Source: Tubiluchus corallicola (taxonomy: Eukaryota; Animalia; Priapulida). Taken from it: 64,000 nt of DNA. Both the position numbers and the translations under genes were made by a program. Below, piece after piece: positions 15,001 through 31,559 of the stretch (the stretch's first letter is position 1; the number at the start of each line of letters is the position of its first letter). Under the pieces are notes generated by a model. That model had not been told where the DNA came from, did not search any database, and saw nothing but the letters and a program-made list of their open reading frames with translations. The stretch is from assembly GCA_030141605.1 (NCBI GenBank), contig JAQGDQ010000089.1, forward strand, positions 496,001 through 560,000. Reading direction: 5' to 3'.

Positions 15001-18000
15001 TTATATTTTTGCACAGGTTGATAAATTTGAGATTGAAGCAATTCAGCTTGGCGAATTAGAGAAAGTTTCGATAGATTATGATACACCAGGTATAAATTGA
15101 TTTGATTTGCAGATATTCGATTCCATGGTACAGTTTAATGGTGTAATACTCGCTTGAGCAGCAATTGTGATGATTACTTGATTTTAAATCATTGATATAT
15201 GCTTGATGGTAGAAATTATGAAACCATTCTAAAGGATATGGACGTATAATCTCTATCGTTTTATTTTATTTATTAGGATCAACAGGATGGATGTTAGAGA
15301 AGGTATGCATACGTGAATCACCAACTGCAAAGGATCAATACGAGTTCTTCTGTGAGAGGTACAAATTTTTCTGATACAATTTGTGATGAAATTTATGGTT
15401 TTCTAAGTTTATTGTTACAGCTGTGTATAACAGAGGTGTACCTTGTGCTGAATCCCACAGTTTTAATACTGGTACGAATTATAGCGAATTAATACCTTTT
15501 TAAGGATTCTCATATTGTAATGTTTGTTTTTTCTTCATAGGTGGTTTACCAAGAATGGGGCTCCCCACCGCGACCTCGACGTCACATCACATACGGAAGT
15601 GGTCTGCGGCGAAGCGGAGGCTGATCCAGAGAATGGGGAGAAGATAAAGAAGGACTGCGTTGACACGGAGGAGACAGCTGCGGTTCCAGCCACTGATGCT
15701 GTAAAATCAGATAAAGATGCGGGTAAATGTGGTGAAGTAGTTATTGTGTTGTAAGACATTGGGGTGCGAGACATTCTATGATACCAGTTGTCCAAATATA
15801 GCTTTGGTTTTTGCAGAAGTATAAAATCTGCATTTTTACTCTTTTGTTCTTGTAGTCTTAAAGGATGCATTTCCAGGCCACTTTTAGAAAGCTTGTGACT
15901 CCACCATAATTTGCTTTAAAAGTTACACTAGAAGTGAGCATTTTGTAGCTATTGCTCCCTATGTGTTATATATCTACAGTTGCAAATATTACTGATCAAA
16001 CATCGCCAGTCCTAATTTATTTTTAATGTATTTCTCTGCAATAAATACTTTACTCGTTGTGATTTTGATTAGGGCCTTATTAAAAATATTACTTTTAGTT
16101 TTAATAAAGATTAGCTTAACATGTTAACAATTTTGATACTGTCTTTTATTGCAAATAATATGCAACAGGGCAAGGAACAACTGAGCGGTAAAAGTGTGTA
16201 CATGGTGACGAAAGTTCAGCAGCATCAAGCCTTATCAGTAAATGGTAGCTGAGTTCTCGGAAAACTGTCGTTGGCTAGTTTAATCTGTCATACAGTGCTT
16301 GGCTATTAACCTTATTGGGGAGGCATCATATGAATGTCAACGTTGCTAGAACGCCTCAACTCATTCACTATTTTGTTTTACAGGATCTTTTTTTGGTAAT
16401 GTGCTAGGTTCTGTTTCCGCAAAAATAAATGAATAAATAATGGTTTTTATTAAAAAGTCACACCATAGTAGTAAAACAGAATACAAGGTGTGAATACGAT
16501 AAAAATAGAAAAGAAAATTCAAAAGACGCATAAGAGAAATTGCTTACAAGATAAAAATTTGGCGAAATGACATCTCAATGTCAGTGAAACATTTTAAAAC
16601 CGACTGTGACAATAAATCTTTACTGTAATTTAGATAGAATTTCCTCATTACTATTTATGGCTCGAATTTTTTAACAGGCATTGCTGAATGCTTGTAACAT
16701 TCTGTTCAGATTTCTGGCATGACTAATTTATTAGAAGATCGAGTGGTACAATTGCTGACACTAAAATGTTAAGCAGGAATGGTATTGGATAATGTTAGAA
16801 GCAAAATTTCAAGTTAATTTTTGTCTTCATGTACAACCATGTACATTTAGCAGATGCTGTGTTGAGTGTTGGTTTGCAGCTTGCTGAACTATATAAAAGA
16901 TGGTGTTAAAATGTCATTGTTATATTGCTGCCTTTCACTGCTGTTGATGAAATTGTCAAGTTTTTCGTAATTTTAAATGATATGTAATTTAACACAAGTA
17001 AAATTAGATGAGTATAGAAGTGATTTAAAATTATGATGCATAATTTACTTGTTAATTACCTTTCAGGTTATGTGTTTATTTGTAGGTTTAAGCAGGTACA
17101 TTGTTGAAGTACACACGAGCTTAGGTTCACCTCAGGACATGACAGCTGATGTACATATCACGCTGTACGGTGATACGGGAGACAGCGGTAAACACATCCT
17201 GTCTCACAATGCCATGGAATCTGAGACCAGTACTGTACACAAAGGAGCAAAGTTCAATCCAGGAACTGTAAGTAACCTATAGCAACTCTCGCTACAGTGA
17301 CTTTTAATAGTTTATACTCTCTGAATAATTGGAATCGTTTTTTATTTGCGATAGATTCTTAGCTCAGTCAGAATTTTAAATTTGATTCATGTCTCTGTCA
17401 GTCCGATGTTTTTATACATGTGACATTGGAGAGGTAGCAAGTAACTGTGATTGAAAAATCGGGATCTCATCACATATGTCATGGGAATTTATAGCAACAC
17501 GTATTTCTGGTCTTGTCTCGATGCCCTAGGAAAAAGTATTTTTAGCACCCCTTACACCACGGTCAACACCTTCCCTCAAAATTGAATTTTTCTTACATAA
17601 TACATGTAGAATAATAAAATATAATGGTAATTTATACATGTATTATAATTTACTAATTAGGTGTTGTCAATTACCTATCTACAGCTTATGTTGATTGAAT
17701 TTGAAATTTAATTTATGACACCATTGTTCTTCCTATGTGAAATGACGTAATCTTAGGAAACTAGATAAAGCAGGACTAGAAAGTGTTTTACTTAGGAAAG
17801 ACACTTACTAGCTTTGAAGAGTTATACGTTTTGACAGGAAAATAACACAACTAGTTTGTTTCATTTAATTAAAGTGTTGTGCACTTAAAGAATTACACAT
17901 ACACTGTGTTATTACTTAGGCTAAGCTTCAAAATTAAAGAATTTCTTCCAGAACTTAGTGCCCTAAACAACTGCCAAGTTTGCCTAATGGTAGAGCCGGC

Positions 18001-20471
18001 CCTGTCTGGTCTCCATGGACGAGAATGTGAATGACTGAAAGTTGCAAAATGATGACTACTATGAGTGATTTAATTCTGTTAAGCAATGGCAAATGTTATT
18101 TTTATCCTGTAAATTCCTGCAATCCATCCCCTATATATTTTCATTACCGTTGGGGGAGTCTTGTTTAATCGTGTTTGCTTTTGCAAGAGCATCTTGAATG
18201 ATGACTAGTTGTATATATGTGAATCCTTTATTATTTCAACTTATTTCACCAGTTAAATTCATTTTGAGGAAAAACCTCTTCTTTTGTTTGCAACTTCCAA
18301 TAAATGCTAGTGATCCTATTTTATAAATTCCTTCATATATTTTTACATTCATAGCAGTCATTTAGCAAGTGTTTGTCAAGCTTGCTATGTAGCTGCTTAT
18401 GTACTTTCTTTGTGATGTAAGAAACTAGGGCTGAGCATCGAATGCTCGAGTTCGAAAATTCGAATTTGATTCCAACCTGAAATTATGGACGTGAATAATT
18501 CACTACTTCAATTACATACATTTTTCATCATTAAAACATTTGAAGCAGTATGCAGTCAGCACAATTTAGCACAATTTCTATGCACAATTTTTAAACAAAT
18601 TATTGGTGTTTGTTACTGCAGAGCAACATCAAGCAATACGCATGTTCTTTGCAATACTGCTTTTTATTTACAATTCGAAAATCTTTAAAAGTGGAATCGA
18701 ATTCGACAGAATTCAAAACTTGATAGTAACTCATTGAAGTTCATTTGGCAGCATTGCAAGGTTAGTTTTGATAAAATGAAATTTCTGGCTAAGTTTTAGA
18801 TCATTAATAAAACAACCTAATACAGCTTCCTTCAAGGTTAAATTCATGCGAATAAACAACACATTCTATTATAGGCTGAGAGGTTCATTATAAAGGCACC
18901 GCCACTGGGTAAACTGCAGCGTATTGTGATTGGACATGATAACAAAGGGTCAAAACCCAGTTGGTACCTTGACAAAGTTACTGTGAAGGATGAGGAAGGC
19001 AACGAGGTCACATTTCCGTGCGATAAGTAAGTTTACATACCATGGTATTGTTCAGAGAAACAGTTTTGATATGCTAAACGAACCCCTCACCCGTGATCGT
19101 GCGGTTAGCATAAAAGCTTCAACATTTAGCAGAAGCATTGCACCTGTAATTCAAACATGGCTTATTTGACTGCCTGGCTGCCTTTTCCTGAAACCTTAGG
19201 ACAGGTAAGTTATTGGCTCTTCGAACCATTTTATGCTAAGCCATCTGGACTATCAAATCCTTATCAAAATACTGGTTCTTGTCCGGCAGAATAACTTTTA
19301 ATTTGCCTGAAGTTTTGAGGAATTCATAATACTAAAGTAACAATAGAAAATTTTTAGGAGAAGGCGAATGTGAATAGCTGAGTTGTCACCCTGTGTGCTT
19401 TGCAATTGAGGTCAAGCAGCCAAGCTAGTTAGTGAATGCTAGGTGACACAGGGTTCGATACTCACTCTAGGAAATTTTCATTTACCATGCTGATTCTGCT
19501 GTTTGGAGGATGCATTAACATCCGAATGTGTCTAAGACGCCTCATCTTAGAGGTTTTGTCTAGCTTGAGCTATGTTCCTATCTTGCCACATGCATCTGTA
19601 TTAAAGCAGGTCATCGAATGATGTAAAAAAATCTTGTATTGATCTCTCCTTACTTTGTAGATGCCTCCTAATAGTCACGTTTAAGCTTATTTTATTACCT
19701 AATTTCCTGGACGATGCTTGTGTTATTATTTTGAAGCGCGTAAACAAGACATTAACAAGTGCACGTCTGAAGCACTGTATGTGCCATACTGCCCCACTTG
19801 ACTTTTGCCATTTGCAGGCAATTTTCTGTAAAACTTCATTTGATATTTACTACAACATAGGAGGCAGAAAAGTATGCGGATCTCCACGTTGACATTACGG
19901 AGAGACGACGTGGCACTCAGGCGTGGGAGAGGGAGGGGAACTGTCTTGCGTAACCCACCAGTCAGAGGGAGGGGAGGCCGGTCTAATCCTGCTCGCATGA
20001 CACACTAGTGTAACTCACACTCACAGTGAATAGGTTGGACGTTTTAGTTTTTTTATTTATCTTTTTTGTTTCATATACATTTCCACAGAATTATTACATT
20101 GTGTTATGTTTAGTTAATACACTTTTAGCACTTTGTTTTTTACCAGCAGTTGTAGTTAGCCAAATAGTTAAACACAGCAAATATCTTCTTTTAAATTAGG
20201 GATGTGCCACTTAAAATTGCTCTTTATGAGCGGCAGGAAAGGCCGAGTTTTTATAGTCCTTTTTTAATGATTTTTTTGCGTTATTGCAGTTGCATTAATT
20301 GTCTTCTTTTTACATTAGTTCGTTATACTGCTATCTTGGACTGCCCAACAGGTTAGCTAACTGTCACTGCTGTCTAAGGCAAAAACAATGCTTAATTGAA
20401 AGAGCTGTTTTAGGTGGTTTGATGCTGGGAAAGAAGACAAGAAAGTGGAGAGAGAACTCATGTTAGCTTGA
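1..20471 (+). CDS. Multi-PLAT (LH2) domain protein, LOXHD1-like / RP1 long-isoform-like; 5'-partial, 6 complete PLAT repeats plus part of a 7th
   Basis: Exons joined at GT-AG sites with consistent phase: <1-29, 653-785, 1370-1530, 1863-2020, 3106-3206, 4039-4277, 5872-6004, 7290-7441, 7842-7990, 10093-10220, 11372-11541, 12208-12297, 12594-12723, 14109-14269, 15017-15089, 15277-15358, 15541-15722, 17086-17267, 18875-19026, 20414-20471 (TGA). PLAT motifs: YVIQIYTAD..GENGDTGKRLL, VDEFQIAALDLGKLDHVTLEHD..GWYVEKV, LGKLQRIVIGHDNKGSKPSWYLDKVTV, FPCDKWFDAGKEDKKVERELM. AATAAA at 20657. Confidence 0.88.
2445..2822 (-). mobile_element. MITE family A, copy 1 (inverted relative to the other copies)
   Basis: TIR AGCCTTTTCACAGTT ... 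AACTGTGAAAAGGCT; internal inverted repeat AGGTCGAAGGTTAAG / CTTAACCTTTGACCT; body matches the reverse complement of the copies at 22341, 35852, 51800 and 56488. Confidence 0.85.
7416..7590 (+). repeat. ~46-bp tandem repeat (about 4 units) spanning an exon end and 5' splice site
   Basis: Unit resembling ATAATGTCATTTTTCAGAGAAGCCAGGTGAGA repeated with degeneracy. Confidence 0.8.
8146..8550. mobile_element. Degenerate MITE, possibly PIF/Harbinger-like
   Basis: Imperfect inverted ends AGCCAAGCTTAGCCAATGCAAC / GTTGCATGGCAAGGTCGACT, flanked by TTA and TAA. Confidence 0.4.
8579..8769. mobile_element. Tc1/mariner-type MITE
   Basis: TA-CCAGGTGTTACAGAAGAA ... TTCTTCTGAAACACCCTG-TA inverted ends with TA target duplication. 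Confidence 0.6.
9306..9410 (+). repeat. Dispersed repeat; second copy at ~11001-11110 (LTR-end-like)
   Basis: Shared GTGTRCTTTAACTTTGGAATAAA...CAGT...GTGTTT..GTTGACT...TATAAC block. Confidence 0.5.
9522..9787. mobile_element. pogo/Tigger-like MITE remnant
   Basis: Right end CCCTTATAAGCGAG..CCTTATACCCGAGGTTGACTG-TA; degenerate left end TAGTCAAATTC. Confidence 0.45.
16420..16900 (-). mobile_element. Degenerate LINE 3' fragment
   Basis: Minus strand reads TRSSNKLVMPEI*TECYKHS, then AATAAA and a (TTTA)n-like tail. Confidence 0.35.
17511..18004. mobile_element. hAT-like non-autonomous element remnant
   Basis: Right end GCCTAATGGTAGAGCCGGCCCTG with subterminal TGCCCTA motifs; left end eroded. 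Confidence 0.4.
18426..18720. mobile_element. hAT-like MITE remnant
   Basis: Starts TAGGGCTG with repeated TCGAA/TTCGA subterminal motifs at both ends. Confidence 0.4.
19861..20008 (+). CDS. Candidate alternative terminal exon of the PLAT gene encoding a 48-aa Arg/Gly-rich tail
   Basis: AG at 19859-19860. Phase-2 join to exon 18875-19026 gives K-RQKSMRISTLTLRRDDVALRRGRGRGTVLRNPPVRGRGGRSNPARMTH*. About 58% GC by hand count inside an AT-rich intron. Confidence 0.5.
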
Positions 20472-20711
20472 TGAGCAATTAGTTGATGTACTGATTGATT
20501 GTTTGATCACGTTTCTGTGGATTCCAATGCCACGATACGTTTTGGTACAACATTTCTATGGAGATAATCGATAGATGAATTGTCAAGTGTCTGACTGTGA
20601 GACAAGGGAGTCATGTATATTGTTATAAGTAGTCTATATAAGCACTTCTTACTGGCAATAAAAATGAATATCAAGACAACAGATTTTTTAGAAACTCGCA
20701 ATGCCGTCTTC

Positions 20712-20733
20712 ATATATATATATATATATATAT

Positions 20734-20818
<85 letters not shown>
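20712..20818. repeat. (TA)n microsatellite
   Basis: Near-perfect TA dinucleotide run. Confidence 0.97.
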
Positions 20819-20822
<4 letters not shown>

Positions 20823-21489
20823 TTGTTTATTTGTTAATTAAGTAATTTTGTTGCTTGTGGTATCTGATTTTATTTATCAGCTAATGTAGCTTGCGAGACC
20901 AGCTAACTGAATTCAAGGTTTCAGTCATGTGATTTATAATTGCTGTACAGTGTCATACACTGGCTAATATTTTACTGTAGAACCAAAGTGTTATTTGTGG
21001 CTGGATGCTTTTCAATTACTGTGAAATTGACACAGTATGATATTATGTATAATAAATGTATAATAATCCAAACATAATTAGTTCATTTGTGACAGGTGTG
21101 TGAAGATTGCGTATGATTTGTGTGAGATTTATAATTGTTTATGTTAGCAATCTGGAGATGATTCCAAGGCTATCAATGTTAACTTGCAGAATAGTGCTAA
21201 GCAGAAACGATGCGAGTATTTACATCTTTTATATTCATCTAGTAACTATATTCATAACATTTACGAATGTTACTGGAGAAGAAACCATGAATGTGGAACA
21301 TTGGAACATGGTGATTTTACCGGATAATGGTCATCTGCTGAGTTAACATTTGGATAGTCATTGTAGCATGCTTGTTGTTATCGCACACATTGTACTTGCT
21401 GTTGTTAATCGAACGATAGTCCTCAAAACTGTTTGTATGACTGCAACAAGTGTGCCCATGTGTTTGATTGCAATCATATTAATAGTGCT

Positions 21490-21630
21490 CGAGTGCACAT
21501 AATGTTCTTGATTGTACTGATACTAATACTTATCTGATTGCACATCATGTGCTTCGCCATAGTGATATTGCACATGATGTGCTTGACTACAATGATATGA
21601 ATTCTTACGATATTGCACATCATGTTGTTA
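21490..21630. repeat. Degenerate minisatellite with GCACATCATGTGC core
   Basis: TGCACAT(C/G/A)ATGT recurs 4 times at roughly 30-45 bp spacing. Confidence 0.6.
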
Positions 21631-22340
21631 GTACACCTGCAAAATGTAGTTGTAGATGGACCACCAGTCAATTTTTGTAGTTAGTATATTTCACTTGTAT
21701 CATTGGAACTTGTATTTTTGTTGGCTTAACTGACTGCTAGCACATAATAATTATAGTTCTGCATATAAGCATAGAAACTGGAAATAGTTGTAATAGGAGA
21801 ACAAATGTTTACAGTAGCCAGCCATGTACGTTGTACAATTAGTTACTCACTATATTTTAACATAGATGGCTTGCGAGTAAACTAGAATTGTGGATTTTTA
21901 TATTGCTATGCCCTTGAACAACCTCTTTACGCTGAGATGGTTTACTGCCATTACCTATATAAAAAGCTTTCACTGTGAGTGTAAAGTTGCTTCTATATGC
22001 ACCACCAGCATGTTGTGTTGCACTTATTTTAAGAAAGATACTGAACCAAGAAGTACCTTTCCTAGGTTTTTCCAAAACATGTTTAGGTCTGTGTGGTGTC
22101 GTGCTGTAACTCCATTGACAAATGTTGCTCATATTTTTGTTTCTCATTTTTCTTCATACCTTCCTCTTTTTTGCAGTGGGTTTCCTTTCTGGAAACAACA
22201 AACCCACTTCTTATCCCGAAAGTTATAGATCCCATGCCCACATCATACCATATCATGACTTTGTGCAATTATGATGTGTATGCTATCTATTATATTTAAT
22301 TCCATTTTGAATTCATCACGTGAAAAATACAGGTGCAGTA

Positions 22341-22755
22341 AGCCTTTTCACAGTTTCGCTATGCATAGGCGCAGTTGCTGTAGGTCAAAGGTTAAATGAA
22401 CCCCAGCAACATGCCTTAACTACAATTAACAAATGACGTGGGTAAAACAAAGCCATCTGCCTCATCGGTTCATTAACTTCGATTGCAATGCCATTTCTTT
22501 GTTGTGTTGCGAGGAGTTAATTATGCATTAGTCTGTGCATAGAATGATTTACTAGCAGGATCTTGCTTGGGAACAAGACAAAATGAACTGGACCAAAGGT
22601 AACGAGGTGTAGGTTCTAACTAGCTGTTAAAACTGTTACTATTACAATAACATGGACTGTGAGACGTCGTCCAGTATACACATATGTGTTGTCAGGTTCA
22701 CTTCACCTTTGACCTTTTCAGGACCATCGTCAATCTATGGGACTGTGAAAAGGCT
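22341..22755 (+). mobile_element. MITE family A, copy 2
   Basis: TA-AGCCTTTTCACAGTT ... GACTGTGAAAAGGCT; shared internal block TGATTTACTAGCAGGATCTTGCTTGGGAAC. Confidence 0.85.
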
Positions 22756-25554
22756 TTTTGTGAACAATTGGGAGACACTTACCATTTTGCCAGTTAACAA
22801 TTACAGTTAATTTCCACAGTAATGTTTCTCATACCTGAACTGCATGTGCGCACAATCTTTTACGCCCTCATGCAAAAACTTGAGCACAAAGTAGTACATT
22901 TGGCGAAAACGTAACAATTCATTTGTTTACCATTGAAGTGTCTATACCTGGAATACTGGAGCTTACTAGACTGTTTTTTTTTCAAATAATTCAAGGTCAA
23001 ATTAGAAATTGGATATTTTAGATGAATTCCAATGTAGGAGAGACTCATTGTTTGCATTGCAAGCATATAAAAACATTGTGGGTGGGTGGGCTTTGGGGCA
23101 AGCAAGCCGATTTACTGGGTTCTGCTGTTTAATTCAAGCAGTTTGCTGTATTACACTAAATCTGTTACAGCTGTAACTGATATTTATGATCTAGTGCGCA
23201 ACTTCTGTTTATGGTTAAGCCAGTCATGTAAGGAAATCACTTCAGTGTGAAGAAAAGTTTCTGTTGTGTTACAGATTTTTCAAAATTTAAAAACCTATAA
23301 AAATATGCCAAATATGGTACATATCATAGTTACATTGTGGCTACACTGTACTGTATATGTGTGTTGTATGTTGATATACAGTAGTAATCTGAGTTATTTT
23401 GTTGGCTTTCCATTTTCTTCTAATTTGATTATTGGTTTTTAGTTTGTTTGATTTTATTTTTTGTTTTTCTTAGGTTTTTATTTTGCATATTTTTATTCAG
23501 TTTGCTATTACGAAATTTGATTTTTTGATGTTACATCTTGGTTAATTTTTATTTGTGTTAATCGTTTGTGTTTTGCTTTTAAGAAACAGTTTTATTATTA
23601 TTATTATTATCATCATCATCATCATCATCACCATTATCATTATAAGAGTTTTCATACATAAAACATCAAGACTGATGATAATATTTGTAATCATTTATTA
23701 ATAGTTAATATTAATAAAATAATAATTATTATTCGTGTTAATTTGTGATGGTAATGAGATAACTCCAAAGTTAAATTTTCATTTTTGTATCACAGCTCTA
23801 GACCTTTTTCTCCTAAAATTCTAATGTTTGTCTTTTTTAAATTTCTGAGTACTCTAATCATCCGTCCATAAAACGTCAATTTTCTTGGCAATTATTTTTA
23901 ATGATGCAAAGTTTTTAGATGATGATAACAATTTCGTGATGTTTTTAAACTGCACATTGTGGTGAATGTGATGTTTATTTTTGATGTTTTACTTACAGTA
24001 ATTACGGTATTTAAGCTTATTTACGAATATTACCTATAGTTATTTATGGATCGTGCATTGTTTTAACATCCAAAAACCAAGTTGTCTTTTCTTTTATAGT
24101 AGGTATCACTATTTTATGTTGTTTTCATAGTATTACATAACTATGTAGCTTAGAGACTAGATTATTCAATATTTTTGTGGAAATGTAATTAACTTACAGT
24201 TATATTATAGCAGTTAATAGCTAGTCATTGTATATAGATATAATCACAATCAACAAGATAATCAGATCCGTCTTGTGCCACTCAGTATTAGGAGTTGTAT
24301 GAATTATGAGGTAATATGTTAGAGAAAAAGTGTGTTAATTGTGCTGTTTCAGTTATGCAGTCTGTTATGTTCTGGGCTGGTTTGCCAAAACGTTTTTTGT
24401 GAAACACAAACCTTCAATTTTCATAAACAATAATGGTTGTATTCTATTTAATTAATTATTATGAATTTTAACATCTATTTAATGATTGCTAGTGATAAGC
24501 GTATAGTGAGAATCGGCTAATACTAGATTATGAGCAGTTACAATTTCAGGCCACTGTCGTTATCAGTATTGTTGCTCAACTTATATGAAATAAACATGTG
24601 ATCACTGTGCAAATAACCCAATGTTTGAATTTGTTAAAGCAACACACTGTAGATTATATTTACTGCTGGAATATTAGGAATGAAAATCTGGTTAGGGCCT
24701 CGTGGAATTTAGAGTTCTTTAAAGAACGCTAGGAAAACTACTATAAAAAACGGTTAACTAATTGGTTTAAACAGTATTTTATTAACAAAGAATATGATAT
24801 GCTATCATATGCAACATACATACATTTGAAGAGAAGAAACAACAGAAAGTTAGAAGGATTGGCTATTAGGTTCAAAAGAACCGATATTAAAGCTTCCTCG
24901 CGATTGTCACGTTAATTAATTACTTGACTATATCTTCAGTCTAATCTAATTAATGCAACCAGGTACTGTTACTTTCAAAGTACCTTGTACCTACATCTAC
25001 TGAATGAAAAATAATAAAATCAAATAGTATTGTAATTTTCTCTATTACTTGTCTTTCTGTTGAATAACCAGAAGGCGTAACAGTTTTTTTTTGCATAGCG
25101 ACATAAATTCGTGTTTTGGTATGTATTTTTGCGAGACTGAGGTTTTTATAGTTATCACCTGACCATGTTTATAATTATGCAGCTCTGGTTTTATCGTTGG
25201 GTATACACTCGAGTTTGTATGTACTGCATTATTTGCCACGACTAAAACGGGAAAAGAAAACAGAAACATCTAAATATAGGACACGATCACCTAGGTTGGC
25301 ATTGAAAATGTTTATTTTACAGTTCTACTCTGCCCCGCTAACAAACATAATGATCGTCAACTTTTTATCCCTCGTATTTATTCTTTTCCCCAGTAGATGG
25401 CGGAAACGACTAATCCAGAAAAATTCGGTAACGTGAAAAGGGTGCATGTTTTTCAACCTGTTACCTATTAATCAAAGGGCGCCTGGCCTGGAGTGGAAAA
25501 CTAGTCATGTACTTCCCTACTGTATATTAAAAATACTTAAATATTCTCTATAAT

Positions 25555-25721
25555 AGATTTTCCTGGTACTTAAAATTCCTTGCACTTAAGGATTATATTG
25601 CCAAATTTATCTGCACCAAAATTTCAATGTATTAAAAATTACTTGTACTAAATTTTACCAGTACAAAACTTTCCTAAAATTTCCAGTACCAAACTTACTT
25701 GTACCAAATTTTTCTACATTC
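25555..25721. repeat. ~15-bp tandem repeat (GTACCAAATTTWCC-like), probable subterminal array of a non-autonomous DNA transposon
   Basis: Repeated GTACYAAA.TTT.C units ending CTACATTC; related subterminal arrays at ~12832-12890 and 26456-26604. Confidence 0.5.
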
Positions 25722-27339
25722 TGACCCAAGACACCGCGCTTTGTCACTGGTTCAAATTCCCAAACATTTAAAGATATTCATACGAGTTTGAGGATAAATA
25801 AGGTCACCTAAATAGGCCTAATAACAAACTGACAAAGATCAGTGATAAAACTGATAATCCTGATAAAACAACCACCACAGCACAACCTTGTCAGCAAAAA
25901 GCAAAATCAGGTTGTGCAATGTCATTCAATGCGGCACAAAATTTCTTGTAGGCTTGTTAAATAGAGATATAAAAATTAACATAAAAATTAATAAAGATGT
26001 AAAACGAAGTGGTAATTACAAAGGTATGACAAGTTTAACTCCTTAACCCGTAACAGTACAACTGTGTAAGCCAGAGGCGAGAGGAATAACAGAGCGGCCA
26101 TACAACTCTATGTATAATTAAAGCTAAACAACATTAAAAACTGATCGGTTAATGAGTGGGGGATGCAGGACTTAATAATAATTGTTATAATTCTGATATA
26201 GTGACTGTTGAGTAGCAATCAGTAAACGAATGGTAATTTTGCAAAATGAAAATTGGGTGTTAGTAAAAAACGGAACAAATTCTATTCCCAATAAAATCTA
26301 TATACAGTTGGGCAAACACTTTGACTTGCTATGCCATTCTGTTTTTTTATCAACGTCCAGGACCCTGTCAGTATGTGTTTCTTTTTCTCAGGTCCCAGAA
26401 AGTAATATCTTTACTTAATTTGATGTTAGCCTAGAAGCTTGCGTAAATAAAAACAGGAATTCAGGTAAAAACGGCATAGGTAAAAGGCCCAGGAAAAAAA
26501 TAACCCTAGTCCTAACCCTAGTCAAAGGTAATTGTGATTTTTTTTCTTAGCCGAAATTGAGTTTTTTTCGTGACTTTTTTCCTGTGACTTGATTACCGGC
26601 CATCAAAAATAGAGAGCAGTGTTATAAGTAGAGAGAACGAAAAGGAAAAGAAAAGGGTGGAGTGTGTGTGCGAAAATCTAGCATGTGCAAGGTTTCACGT
26701 TCAAATCAGTATGATGAAAGGCTGAAATGATTATGACAGTATTTATGGGCATTCCATGAATCATGGGTGATGCTCGTTGGAAACCTCTGTACACTTATCA
26801 AAATTTAACATTACTAAATTTTAAATTTACGTAAGAGTTGCCGATCTATGCCTAAACGCTCCCTGTCTATTTATTTAACCAATATCTACATAATTATATA
26901 ATATGAATGCGCGAAAAGTTCAAAGTTCAGTTCCAAAATAGTACTGTACTTTTATAATAATATTATTAATGTGTTTTCGCTAATAGCATTAGGATGAGAT
27001 TCATGTGCTTATCCTAAATGAATATGTCCTAGTGATGTCCACGCTAATCTGTGTCCATATACCTCTGACATAAGCCATCATTATCAAAACTTCATACGGC
27101 CAATATACATAATGTATATTCGTGTTTAAGTTTTAATATGGGTTACATTACAGTAATAATTGTAGAATCTCGTGACATAATGAGTGGATAATTCAACTAA
27201 TAGGGAAATTAATTTTGTTCACCTCAATCCGATGTGATAACCAAGCTGAACTGCTGAAGTAATCAGTATTTCCACTTTAGGCTTGCAGGCGATAATTTGT
27301 TAAGTATTAATACGTGGCTTCATCCTACGAAATTTCCTG

Positions 27340-27600
27340 CCGCTCGCGCGCCTCTAGACTTGTGCACATGCCTAGCACATTCACGGTACACGTGCTTCAT
27401 TCAGTATTCGCGTCTATGCGATCACTTGCTGTGCACGTGAACAGCTCTCGTCTCGTTGGTTAATGCGGCCTACTACAAAACTACAACTCGACGCTGATTG
27501 GCTGACGTATCCACACCTTCGCAGCGTCTGTGTTATGGTTGTAAAATCTGTAGATTCTGACTAAACACTATTGAGAAATCAGTTTTATTATAAGAAAGCC
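27340..27600 (+). promoter_or_regulatory. Proximal promoter of the KLF10/11 gene (E-boxes, ChoRE-like pair, CCAAT, CRE half-site)
   Basis: CACGTG at 27389 and 27434; CACTTG-N5-CACGTG 27423-27439; ATTGG 27497; TGACGT 27503; CCACACC 27511; local CpG enrichment. Confidence 0.6.
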
Positions 27601-27670
27601 TTATCAGAAACTACATTTTGAATGAGGAAAAAGTCAAAAGATTTTAATACTATCACTGACTGGCGTCAGA

Positions 27671-31559
<3,889 letters not shown>

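Noticed and set aside
16169-16187. Possible microexon in the PLAT gene
   Set aside because: 19 nt would shift the frame between two phase-1 flanks
19726-19998. 90-aa minus-strand ORF
   Set aside because: No recognisable domain; the + strand frame fits a splice acceptor and phase better
20613-20819. ORF with poly-(IY)
   Set aside because: Artefact of the (TA)n microsatellite
21490-21630. CRISPR-like palindromic repeats with spacers
   Set aside because: Eukaryotic context, irregular spacing, related spacers and no cas genes; a minisatellite
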